From Camelus dromedarius (lineage: Eukaryota), in the NCBI RefSeq assembly GCF_036321535.1, contig NC_087436.1, forward strand, positions 60,762,001-60,826,000: DNA of 64,000 nt, written 5' to 3'. Below the pieces are notes generated by a model. That model did no database searches. It was not told the DNA's origin and was given only the letters and a program-made list of their open reading frames with translations. Position 1 is the stretch's first letter; every line of letters begins with the position of its first letter. A program made the position numbers and the translations under genes. This document shows positions 27,806 through 40,262 of this stretch, piece by piece.

Positions 27806-28005
27806 TGTTAAGACCCAAAGGACGGGAGTTCTTGCGCCTGGTCACCTTGGCCCGAGGCTCCCCCAGTTGATCGCCTTTCCCTTGGGCAATAAAAAGCAGC
27901 TTTTCATTCTATCTTTTGCCTCCGCTGTGAATTCTTTCATGGTAGAAAGGCAAGAGCCCACACTTTGGGGGTTTTCCCCATGGGGAGGCCCCCTGCCCGC
28001 TAACA
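27806..28005 (+). mobile_element. Short or partial ERV LTR (R-U5-like portion)
   Basis: Termini tgtta...taaca. AATAAA at ~27888 is followed by a U5-like tgaattctttc...caagagcccac. Several CpGs are retained. No matching TSD. Confidence 0.6.
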
Positions 28006-29382
28006 GCTTTACCCAACCAGAAAGCAAAAGTGAATACTGGAGAGGCAATGAACCATGTCCACAATGAAAGTCAGACTGAGTAAGGATATTTTAATTACTG
28101 CTTTATAAACATTATCAAGGTTAAGGAATATATCACTATCATATAGGAAAAGAATATAGTAAAGAACCCACCACATTTACATATCCATGAGCATATTTTT
28201 ATGCTTCTAATAAAAACTATGGTGACTAATTCTAATCTGGACTTTGTAAATTGACAGTTTTTCTACTAAGAGTTCTCCTGTTGAAGAAAGTTAAATTGTC
28301 CTATCTGTAGGAGCTCCTAAAAACCTTCCTGAAAAAAATGTTTCTCTATAAAAGATTAAATATTTATGGGGGAAAATATACATCCAATCTATTATTCCAA
28401 GAAATTACCCCTAATTCTATTAGCTTGCATTCAAGATCTTAAGGGTATTAGAATCTATTTTACTTGATTAACTCTTTGTTGACATAAGCAGAATATTCTT
28501 TTACATGTGGAAATAAATAGGGGAGCTCTATATTTGAGGGGGAGGAGTCCTAGATTAAAACAGACTGCATACCACACATACCAATCCTTTTTTGTTCCTT
28601 CTCATTTCAGTAAACAGCTTCCCTTACCCCTAGAGGAGTCCTTGAGAAAGCAGAACATATGGGTAGTGTGTGGAGAAACTAGAGGGTAGTTTTTGGCTTT
28701 TGAAGAATCAGGTTTTACAGATATGGCTTCAAGTTGTTGGTATGAATTATTGGAAATTCCTAGATCATTAGCTATATTCCAAAGGAATTGCCCAAATGAA
28801 TTCTAAATACAATATAAGTGATTTTTTGGATTATCTGCTTTTGTTCCTCTCCAATAGCTTGGAAAATTAAGTCAACTGCATGTGAACCTCTTATTCACAA
28901 CTAGACAGAACATAGCCTCCTCTGAATTATTCATGCTAATTGTGGGCAAGGAGAAGAAATGTCATGAATAAATTAAATTCACAGATGAACAAAAATATCT
29001 ATATTGTCATGGCATATTGCGTTTATCATTGAGAGAGAATATTTCATAACATATTATATTTATAATGTTTTGTCTATTAGACTTGAAGTTTTGAGGGCAC
29101 CCAATGATAAGGAACTGAGGCAGACACCAGAACTATAAATAAATATAAACTATCAAGTCACAGTTGGTCCTCTCAAGAAATTTATTGTTTCATGAAAGAC
29201 ACAGATAAGAATACTAAGGTTTACAAAACAGTAAGACAGTCACTTCAGGATACAGGGGCAGAGGGACAGGGAGCTTTGGGGAGTCAGGAAATTCCAAGGA
29301 TAGGTAAATGAGCTAAATGTTAGAGGATAAGTTATCCAGACAGCTGATAAAAGGGCATAAGTAGGATAAGACGACCTCATGA

Positions 29383-29842
29383 AATTGCTGGATCACATGG
29401 CAGTTCTATTTTTAAGTTTTTGAGGAAACTCCATGCTGCTTTCCATAGTGGCTGCACCAATTTACATTCCCACCAACAGTGTACAAGTGTTCCTTTTTTT
29501 CCATAGCCTCACCGACAGTTGTTATTTCTTGTCTTTTTGATGATGCCCATTCTGTCAGGTGTGAGGTGATAGATATCTCACTGTGGTTTTGATTTGTATT
29601 TCCCTGTTGATTAGTGATGTTGATTACCTTTCAGTACCTGTCGGTCATTTGTATGTTGTCTTTGGAAAAATGTCTATTCACTTTCTCTGTCCATTTTTTA
29701 TCAGATTGTTTAGGTTTTTGCTCTTAAGTTGTGTGAGTTCTTTAAATATAGACCCTTTGTCAGATATAAGATTTACAAATATTTTCTCCCATTTCATAGG
29801 TTGCCTTTTCATTTTGTTGATGATTTCCTTTTGCTATGCAGA
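29383..29842 (-). mobile_element. LINE-1 ORF2 C-terminal fragment
   Basis: attgctggatcacatgg...ttccatagtggctgcaccaatttacattcccaccaacagtg...ttttctcccatt...ttttgctatgcagaag. Confidence 0.9.
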
Positions 29843-30719
29843 AGTATTTTATCCATTTTCTTGTTTTTCCTAAATCCTATTGGAGGGGACACCTCCCTAT
29901 TTTTCTCACTTAGAGTAACACCACTGTAGGAAAGTCCTTTTTAAATGTACCCATACCTCTCAAACATGTACTGCGGATAGTCACTACCTGTTTGGCAGCA
30001 CATGCCAGAACTGGTAAGAAGAGACAAAAGGGACCAACTCATCCACTGACTTGATGTCCAGCTGTAACAGAAGGTGGAAATGATCTGTGACTAATCTCCA
30101 CTTGCTTTGGTACAACAATGATAGAAAGATAAGAGTATTAGAGAAATGGCTGTAAGAGGACAATTCCACACATTTGCTGGCTGAAATAATGGAAGTATCA
30201 GGATTTTTAGTACATGTTAATCAAATAATAATGGGAGATGAGAGGAGGAGAAAGAAAAAAGCAGTAAGTTATTCTTCTTTCTCTTTTGTTGAAAATAATT
30301 CTCAGCTGTTTGGAGTCTGGGGCCAGTGTTATTTACCACGGGAAGGAAGGTTGTTGAACAAAAGAAAGGCCAAGATCGCGCCTGATTCTGTGTGTGGTTA
30401 AGTGGTGAAACCACCACCCTTCCCCACAGGGTTCTCTCCAAACTATTTCTACAGAATGACAGGAAGTGAAAAGGGAAATGCGCAATCCATCCCAAAGTCT
30501 CCCTTTTGTCACTTTCCAAACAATGTCTTCAGCCCAGAAACGAACATTCATTACATTTTGTCCTGACAGGAAATGAACCTCATAAGATCCTATTTTGTTC
30601 TTGGCCTTGTATCACCAATATCACCAAAAGCAATCGTGATTTTGCATAAGATATTATATGTAGGAAATCAAAATACATTTACACCTTGTTTCCATGATGT
30701 TAAAAAGCAAAGTCAAATC

Positions 30720-31333
30720 ATCATACGGATGGGGCAGGCAAACACAAGATGAGCTGGTCACATCTGGTGCCAAAAAGGAAGGAAGGACTTTTTTTAAGCA
30801 GGTTATGTCAAACGGACGAGGGAGCCCACCAGCAAGGGGTTCCACTGATCAAAACTGAACAACTTGAATAACAAAAATAATTAACGTAGTACTGGGTTAT
30901 AACCCAAGGTATGATATAAATATCCCTGAGTCCATACAGATATAAATACATGACTGAATAAATAAACCAATGGAGAAGAAGAGACAAATCTTTCTTACAG
31001 AAGAATTCCAAATAAGTTACGGAAACATTCCCTCCAGGAAATGGAGCTTAACCCACATATTGCTTGAATGTGGGGTGAACTTAGTGACTTGCTTCCAAAG
31101 AATAGAATAGGGAAAGGGGAAAATAGTAACTTTACAGTGGAAAAATGTGGCAAACACTACCTTAGCCAGAGGATGAAGGTTAACATCATTAGTGATGAAT
31201 CGTGATGAGAGCATGCACCCCCGATGTGAAGTGATAACTAGGTAAGATGTACACTGAACTCTCCATACTATCTTTGCAACTTTACTGAATATCTTAAAGT
31301 ATTCCAAAAGTAATATTGTATTCAAAAAAAAAA
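30720..31333 (+). mobile_element. Old LINE-1 3'UTR (L1MC/L1MD-type)
   Basis: Visibly homologous to 22850-23780: gacaaatctttcttacagaagaattccaaat, ttagtgacttgcttccaaagaatag and gaactctccatactatctttgcaac, ending in an A-tail. Confidence 0.85.
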
Positions 31334-32309
31334 AAGGACAAGTCAACATTATAAAAGCATGTGGAATGAAACTATTAAAAAGCATTTATTTGACACATGA
31401 TATCCAAGAAAGTTTTTTTAAATGTGTGAATAAGGTACACTTTAGAGGGAAAAAGCCAAAGATATATGATGAAATTTTTATGCATAACATTTTAAATATT
31501 TCCACTTTTTTGCGACAATTCAGGAAGGCTTCCTATATCAACTTACTACCTTTTCCTAAAACAAACAAAAGAATAGTGTCAGTTAAGTGCTTTCAAGGGT
31601 AAATTTTCTCCAAGCTATAGTAAACCTGAGATCATTATGTAAGAGGATAAAAGCATCAAAGATTTTGCTCCAAGTACTCACATGACATTTATTATTTGAT
31701 TTGAATCCACCTGCAGCCCCCCTTCCTTTTCTGGTTAATTCGCAGTGTTCCACGCTCTCTTCGCTGGTGTATGCTTTACACCAGGTGAGGTCTTGCAGCA
31801 TCATTAACTCTTCTGTTTCTCTTCCCCGCCACCACTGCTTTGTCTTTATTCTGTTGCTGGGAGAGAGAGCAACAAAATTCGGAGGAGGGCTTTCTTTCCC
31901 TCATTAATTTTATAAATTTTGATTCGTGTTGTACAGTCTTCAGAGTTACTTTGATCAGCTTAGTCATGTTTCAAGGTTGGTGTTTCTTAAAGAGTGGTGT
32001 GAAATTACTGAATAGAAAGTAAATAATAATAAATAACATTCATCCTCTTTCTCCATTAACCCTTTCCCCAGTTCTCATCCTTGACTCTAAGAACCCACTT
32101 CCCTTACCCCTGGGGAGAGAGAGGAGCTCTCTCTGTTGATTGAGAAAGATTACATCAAACGTTGCAAAATGTTCCTAGTTATAACCCTGAGCTCTAGGGA
32201 ATCTTCTGATCAGACCCAGATTTGATGTGTCACCTGTAGACACCTGTACACAATGAAAACTTCCCTCTCATTGAACCAACAACCACAAAAAGAAAAGTGG
32301 CGTGAAGAC

Positions 32310-32420
32310 CAGCTGCACTGGAACCACCTAGGGTGTTGATTCTTGACATAGACCTACGAACTTAGAATCTCTGGGGCGGAGCCAGAAACCTGATTTTAAC
32401 ACTGGCACCCAGGGGACTTT
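32310..32420. mobile_element. MER5A-like hAT DNA transposon remnant
   Basis: ggaaccacctaggg...agacctacgaacttagaatctctggggcggagcc...ttttaac. Confidence 0.55.
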
Positions 32421-35234
32421 TTTGTCCATCAATACAGGAGGTGGACATGTCTCTGGACATCACAGAGGCATTATCACTCTTAGTTTTAGCTTCCATTTAT
32501 GGAAGAACTTGAAACCATTTTAGCCATTTCTGAACTCCAAGTGGATACTGAGGTGCTCCCAAATTCAGAGGCTGAGAAAGCTTCATTCTTAACTTTGTAT
32601 TTGGAAGAGTCTATCAGTCTCATAACAAAGTACTCATAGAAATAAATTTTCTTGTGATTGTTTTTCAACCTCAGCATTTCCAAGGGCCATTTTCAAATAA
32701 GGCACTTTCCAAGACCTGGCTACAAAAGGCTATATTAAGTACTGTTCTTACATATCTAAACATTATTTCCATCTACTTGCTTCACTTTCTTAAATGGATT
32801 TCTTGCCACATTTTCTAGACTAATGATATAATACCAAGAGTCACATACATAATAAAATAGAGAATTAGACTGAATCTATCTGAAGAATAGATCATTTCAG
32901 CTGACCCCACTTGGTTAATAACTCCCTGGAAAGATTTTTTTTTCTCAAAGTTAGAATAATGTGAAAAGTATATGTGGTTTATACTCATTCCACTTTTCTT
33001 TGATGGCTGAAATTCCCATTGTCTGCCTCATTGTGACACATTATTCCCATTTTCTTCTCATTTCATTTAAAATGGTCACGTTGTCTTTCATGCTAATTAG
33101 CTTTAAACAAGAAAAATATCCCTGTACACATAATAACCAAATCCAATTGGCCATTATGTCATTAACTTCATGCTTTGGAGACATAATGACTGCCTGTTAC
33201 AACAAAGCAGAGCTGGTGTAAATTAAATCTCAACGGGTCATTCATTAAAAAGGCATTGTAAAATGGCCTGAAAAATAAGGTTCTTTAGCTAAACTTAATG
33301 GTATTTTTCCCATAAAATTTTCCTAATGTTGCCCTTGTAGTTCAAACACATCCATTTTAGTCAATTTCTAAATTCTTTACTCAAAAATAGTATCTTAAAA
33401 AAAGAATTTAATGCTGATTAGACCTTCTGACAAAACCAACCTAAAACATCATCTTTAATGTTTCTAACCAAATGCTACTGAGAACTGTACAGATATTTTT
33501 GTGCATGGATTCAATATTTCCTAAGAAAGTAAAATGCAAAAAGCTGATCATGGCCACTGAAATATCAAATTTAATTATTTCCTAGATACTAGTCATTTTT
33601 AAAGCAAGTAATTCATTCCTTTACTATTCTGAATTCTGAAGTAACAATCTCAACCAGGTTACAATGGTTAATAAAGACCTTTATACAAAAACCTTTCACA
33701 ATCTAAAAACCCTTCTGGCATTTTTTTTTTTTTTCCTGTTGGGAGATATATGTGTTTGCATGGTATTTGGATCTATTTTAGTATATATAAAGGGAAAGCT
33801 TTCCAATTATAGAGCATATAGAAATTTAGTTACGAATTTTTTGAATAAAAATTCTTCCATTCAATCATTCAACAAAAATCGTCTCAACTCTTTTGCGTGC
33901 AAAGCACTACACCAAAACCTTTGAGAACAAATGTGAATAAGGCAGACATCCTCCCTGCCCTTATGGAGATTGAAAACTAGTGCTATTAATTCACTTCCAA
34001 AAATATAATGACTTTTTGTCATTTTTGTGCTGGCTGAGTTCACCTCATATTAAGCAATAAGATTTTTTAGTACCTAACTGTTACTGTTTCAACAGAACAA
34101 AAACAAATAGGAAATTTTAAACATGGTAGAAACCTACAGCACATGTTATACATAAAATTATTAGTGAGCATTATGGGTTTTACAGAATTTGTGGTCACTG
34201 CATTTATGATATAATTTAGTCAAATATGTGGTAAGTTAGAAAACAGAAAAGTATGTGAGAAGTGTATCATGCTAAGTCTATGATATGAGCCACACTCCCC
34301 CCTAAATTAGGAGACACATCTTTGGGGAAGTTTATCTCTGTAAAACAGAAAGATAAACCCTGAACCCAGAAGTTTCAAGATCTTTTCTTTCCTAAGTAAA
34401 TAATGACAGGATGTAAGTATGTGGAGGAGGAAAGGCTATATCGTCCTCTCTCCCATAAAAGTGTAAAGTTCTTAACTTCCTATGATTGTTCCTATTTAGA
34501 ACGTTATATTCTGTAAATTATTTGAAAAAGGAATTGTGAGTAATTCATAATAATCTCAGAAATTGGTTTTTCATTCTGAGGTTAATACTGTATACAGACA
34601 TATTAAATTTAGAGTTTAGCCATTTTTTCCACCTAAATAATGAATTCAAGGATGACCTAGAAACCGCTTTGTTTCTCCCAACTTTTAGTTCAGTTTAACC
34701 TTCCCATTCACTGCTACAGTTTAGTAAAGGATTTCTGCTGGTCGTCAAGGAAACTGAAATATAGAGAGGACTGAAGATGTTGATAATCTCGTTTCTCATA
34801 AACCTATAAACAAGAGATAAACTGAATAGACAAAGCACAAATGCATCTACTGTCCCATTGGAGAAAATAGGTTTGAAATTATCTTACAAAGAGGCTCTTC
34901 AAAAACAGGGCCTGCTGTTTTACAAAAGGGGAAAAGGAAAAGTGAGAACGTGAGGGATTCTCTAGAGGTACTGGGATAAACGAGGAAAGAAATGGAACAT
35001 GAAGAATAAGAGTAAACATTCATTACAAATGCAGGAGGAATCTTTTTTCTTTTCTAATTTAAAAATGGGAATCATGAGCCTGCAATTCTGCCCATCTTCC
35101 TTTGCCTTTTTGTCCAGCCAGATAATTGTATTCAGTAGTGCAACATGAGCAAATTTCAGGAAGGTTTAATGAAAACAAAATCTCCACAGTAGCATTTTCA
35201 TATTTCACTGAATGGTTTTAGAAATATCCAGAAT

Positions 35235-35789
35235 TGTAGGACAGTCAGGTAAGTGGGGGCACCAGGCAGATAGGTGGAGGAGAGGGAGGATGGTCCAGAA
35301 GATGGTGGTGTGCCCGCCTCCAGCACAAAGGGACTTTACTTCTTCTAAATGAGTGCCAGCAAGAAACCAGTGAGAACCCAACAGACACGACTGCGTGGTA
35401 GCAGAAAGGATTTAACTGGACACGACCCAGTGTTCGTTGTATTATAATTAGCACCGTGGGTTGGGCCCTCTCCCTTAGGTTTTCCTGTGTACACCGTGGG
35501 TGAAAGCATTTGCAAAGGAGATGCGCACGCCTAAGCATTCAAGGGACGTGAACCGTCAATCAACCACAAGAACGCCCCTAAAGCCAGGACATAAGGCAAG
35601 AGAAACAAAGGAGTGGCACCATTTTCCTCTCTTGGGTTGGTCCACCTTCAATTCTTCAAGGTGTACTATGCTGACTTTTGCTCTACTAATGAAATCCTTT
35701 GTTTACAACATATTTAGTCTTTCGTTTAAATTCTTTTTCTCGGGTAAGACAAAGAATCGAGGTTTTTTACTTCCTTCCCCGTGGTAACA
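35235..35789 (+). mobile_element. ERV1-like solo LTR, relatively CpG-rich
   Basis: Termini TGTAGG...GGTAACA with flanks gaat/gaac (4-bp TSD, 3/4 match). U5-like tttaaattctttttctcgggtaagacaaagaatcgagg. Confidence 0.75.
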
Positions 35790-35901
35790 GAACTATCATG
35801 CTGTTAAAATTCTCAAATGAACTTAAAGGTGTAAAAGTTTTCATTTCTGAGTTTCCAATTTTGAAATTATAAAATGGACAAGAAATCTCTGACCCAAAAG
35901 T

Positions 35902-36000
35902 AGGAAGAGGAGGAGGAGAGGAAGAGAAGGGAAAGGAGGGAGGAAGGAAGGAAGGAAGGAAGGAGGGGGGAAAGGAGGGAGGGAAGGAAGGAAGGAAGAA
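35902..36000. repeat. Polypurine (GGAA/GGA)n low-complexity tract
   Basis: About 100 bp of only G and A on the + strand. Confidence 0.95.
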
Positions 36001-36469
36001 AAAATCAAGTCAAAGTTAGGAGTAGGGATGAAACAGGAAAAAAGCAAGTATGCAAACTATCAACAAAAAGAAGAGATACCAAAATTCTTTCAATTATTTT
36101 ACAATTTAGATCAGAATAAATCCTACCTAGATAGATATTTTAACACTAATTGACTATAAGATATAAAATAACACTTGTATATACTCAATTAAATTGAATT
36201 TACATGATTGCGTATGCTTTCTATGGTCCTTTGTTCCACACTGCTAATGTCCATCTCTACAAATACTAAAGCTGAGGTCCTTGAGGCCCAAAGTATAGAT
36301 ATTTCTGTGTATTTCTCCTATGATCCAAGCCCTCTCTCCACAAGTAGCCAGCAGAAAACAAACACATGCTCCAAAGACAGAAGTAAAATAGACAGGAATG
36401 GGATTGATCTTTTTACAGACCGGGGAGAAGTACCTTTTCAATCTTGAATTTTTTGCTTCTTTTAATAGA

Positions 36470-36961
36470 GTGGTGGGGTTCAGAACACACCACCCGCAGA
36501 ATATGGCACCTTGGCATATTGAATATTTAAGCTGAAGGAGTTTGAGAAAATAGCACAAGCAGGAAGGTCTCTCTGACCCTTCTCTGAAACGTCATAAAAG
36601 CCTCCTGTGAGAGGTGCCCTCCCTATACTCAGAGGAAAGGAGCATCCTCATCTGGGAAGACAAGTGGACACTGAGAAGAATCTGAACAAACAGCCCTTGC
36701 TAAGTTTCCCGCAGTTTACTACACCCACCACACACTCCCTAACCCATCATATTCCTCCATGGCTGTCCCTTCTTCATCAAAGCTAACAAAATAATACACA
36801 GGTTTCCTTCAGGTCTTCATTTCCTTATGAAGGCTCCCGTCATGTAAAACTCATTTTAATTAATTTGTATGCTTTTCTCCCATTCATCTGTCTTTGTCAG
36901 TTGAATTTTCAGACTCAGGCAGAGACATTAAGAGAATGGAGGAAAACTTTCCTCCTCTGCA
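36470..36961 (+). mobile_element. ERV1 solo LTR, MER31-like
   Basis: ggggttcagaacacaccaccc...aatatggcaccttggcatattgaatatttaagctgaagga...aggctcccgtcatgtaaaac matches the MER31 pattern (recall). Confidence 0.8.
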
Positions 36962-39779
36962 AAAGATACATGCTCATATCTCCTAAAGTCAGTTTTTTTA
37001 GATGTGCTCCACATTGAATAGTTTTAAAACTAGAAAAGTCTTAAAAGTGGTTTAACAGAGCTATCAGGAAGGTTTAAAGGTTTAAAAGTAAAGTTCAAAA
37101 TCTAATTAGGTTAACTTAGATTTCCTTTGACAGATTTTCTTTAAAATGAAGGAAGGCAAGGGAAATGGAACAATATAATGTGCAAAGGCTTTTTCTAGGA
37201 TAAAAATGGCTCATCCAAAAGCAAGTTTGATGGCCCACATATTTTTTAACAACTAGTTTAAATTGCTATGTGGAACATGCTGCCCCTCTGCTGCTTGGTC
37301 CCTCGGTAACCATGTGTTCTGCATCTCAGTGGTCACCATGTCTCCTCCCTACTGGTGGGCATCCCTGCAGGACTGTGAGAGGCAAGAGAGGACGATCCCG
37401 AATTCATGGCTAATTTAATGTGCAGATATTAAATCATTAGTACTTAGTTTCAATTTTTTATAGAAAAAAAAGGTAACTTTAAGTAATTTTAAATTTAAAC
37501 AATTCTAAAAACAACCATGCAAGTCTGTACCACGCTTCACCATTTGTAAGTGAATTTTACATTTTCTCATATGATCATCAGTACAAATCATTGAAGCAGA
37601 CATACAGTTATTATTATTTTCACTTGACAACAAAGGGAAATCTGACTTAGAGAAGGTTTCACTTGTTACATCTAAATGTTTAACTGCAAAAGCATTCAAT
37701 AACACTTAGAACTGCTCGTTTGTCTCTTAGAGATTCTTTTTATAAACTACATGGTGATCATTGGATGGATTAGAACCTGCTGTAAGCTATACAAATTATC
37801 TCCTATTGTTACTATATTTAGTGATGTAAAGGAAAAGAATTCAATAATTTAACTAGAACTCCAACATGAACAATATTTGCCCTAATAGGCTTTACTCTAC
37901 TTAAGGGGCAACTTAATTTTTGGTATAACCAAAAAATTAAGGAAGTCAAAAGAATTTAATAGCAACATTTGTATACATTTTAAGATCAAACCATTACTAA
38001 GTGGCCATGGAAATACATTGTTAATATTCTTACCAGAAATTGCCTATTATCCTGTATGCTTCACCCGGAACTAGTACAACAGGTAATAAATTTCCTTTTA
38101 ACAAAGTTTAAAAAAAAATTGTTTTCCATTGCTACGACCAAATATTCTACTAGTAAATGTCAAAAGGTGAGAACATTTGTTTGGAATGGTGGAAGGACAT
38201 CTTCCTGAAAAAGACACTAGCCAACTACACTGGAAATTTTGCTCTTTAAATGACCCTGTATAAATCCAGATTCAGCACCTTGTCACCTTACCTAACACAT
38301 AGATAAAATGGGAATATTCTTATTATTCTTTTCTGCATCAGTCTTGATACATTTTATAAACACATGTAGAAGCTGAAATTTCACATTTGTATTTCAAAAA
38401 TAACGATATTATTTAAAAGGTGAATCCAATGTTATTAAACATGTGTATGAACCCTGGAGTTCAATCATGAAGCTCCCATGGGGAACATTTTTCTCCCAAA
38501 TGTCACAAGGGCTTTGGGTCACAGATTGTCTTCCGTTGTTTTCCCTCCTGTCCTTGTCAAGATCCAGCCATACCAGCGGGGAATGGAATCAGAAGGGCGC
38601 TTGGCAGCCAGCTTCAAAAGGGCCACTAATGAGGCGCTGAGAGGGGACAGCCACAGAGCCTGACGAAATTCTACTATGAAATCTTTGATGCTTCCAGGTA
38701 CATTTTCCACTAGAATCAGATGAAAGTAAGGTAATACATAAAATCATGTCGAACTACCACAGCCAAGTAGAACCACAAGATAGAGACACAGCTGTGAAAC
38801 TGACTTAGCTTGATACAATTGGTACTCCAATGTTTTCAGAGTGTTAAAGTTTTAAACTACATTGGCCATTATTCTCATTTTCCAAAAAGTTGCCTTAGAA
38901 ACCAAATGAAAATCATTTTCTGGCCTAAAGATTCATGACTAACAAGATGAAAGTATTTTTCTAATTGAAACAGAAAACTGAATGATCTGACGTCCCACCA
39001 AAACACACAGACTAACTTTGTGCCAGCAAAGGCTCTGTAGATACTGTGGTGGGAAGAGGCTCACCTCTGTTCCCTGCTGCCAGGCGAGCACCTGCCTGCG
39101 GGCAGAACGTGCGTCAGTGAGCACTAAAACTAACTTTGAATCACAGGCCTGTGGCAACCCTGGGGTGGGGGAAATGAGGGTAATAAAGAACATTCCTTTA
39201 CATTCTTTTCTTTAGCATTATTCCATCATGATATATCTATTCCATGCTTCCAGTTAATTGGAAATTATAAACCAGGTAGCTTCAAATTTCAAACCTTGAG
39301 TCCAGACAATTTAAATGTGGGGCAGGGATTGTCTATGTTGTCATCACAAAGGTTTAGACCCGTGGGCTCACTGGGAGTCCTGGTGGTGCTGACCAAGAGC
39401 TCACAGGCACAGCCTCCTGGGAAAGACTTCATCACCTGGCTTTGGAGGAGACAGAACATTCAGATCTCCCCTTGCTCCATTGTCTAGTCTAAACCACATG
39501 TGGTTTGAAAAGTTATAAAAGTTATCAGGAGAGAATTCCTACAAGAGAAAAAGAAATCGATTTTACAGAGAAAACCTTATGATACACTGGGAGCACAATG
39601 CTGGAGTGCTCTGACACCAAAGTTAAGGTTCTTGGGGCCCTGATAAATACTTCTTTCTTGGAGCATTGCACACAACCCCCTAACAGGACTCTGTGGGTAT
39701 TTCAAATACTCAGAAACACTCCCCAAACATATGACTTTAAACCGAGTCCTCGCACTTTACATTATTGGGAAAATTGGAG

Positions 39780-40015
39780 AAACCTCAAAGAGGTCAAAGG
39801 ATAAACTAGATAGTGGTATTAATTTCCATATTTAGATGGCTGTTCCACATTTGGATGTTAGATGGCTGTGTAGTTTATAGAAAATACCTAATAAAGTACT
39901 TGAGGTGAGGAGCTATCAGGTCAACAATTTACTTCCGAACTGTAGAAGAAAATAAAAGTTCTTGGCACTAAAGTTGAAACTTTTTGTGAGTTTGTAAGTT
40001 TAAGATTGCTTTAAA
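39780..40015 (+). mobile_element. Old L1 (L1MC-type) 3'-end fragment
   Basis: tagatagtggtattaatttcc...gaaaatacctaataaagtacttgaggtg...aacaatttacttcc...aactttttgtgagtttg. Confidence 0.5.
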
Positions 40016-40230
40016 AACATGTATATATAATTATATATAATTTTATTGTTATAAATGTGTGTATAGCTCTATGGCCTAGCTTAAACCTACCACTCTAGCA
40101 CTTTTATTCGTTATTCCCCCTCATAAATCCTGTACTCCAGGCAGCTAGTTTACTAGCTTTCTTCTAACACAGCAGGCTGCAGACTAGCCCACCGATGTGA
40201 CTATTCCCTGTTACCTCCACCCAAGAAGCT

Positions 40231-40262
40231 TAAATAAATAAATAAATAAACAAACAAACAAC
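40231..40262. repeat. (TAAA)n(CAAA)n microsatellite
   Basis: taaataaataaataaataaacaaacaaacaa is directly visible. Confidence 0.9.

Noticed and set aside
22850..31230. Apparent duplication between 22.9-23.3 kb and 30.7-31.2 kb
   Set aside because: Both are independent, diverged copies of the same old L1MC/MD 3'UTR, and their flanks are unrelated.
32500..32640. 46-codon ORF MEELETILAISELQ...
   Set aside because: It looks protein-like but is short, with no recognised homologue and no poly(A) or TSD to suggest a retrogene.
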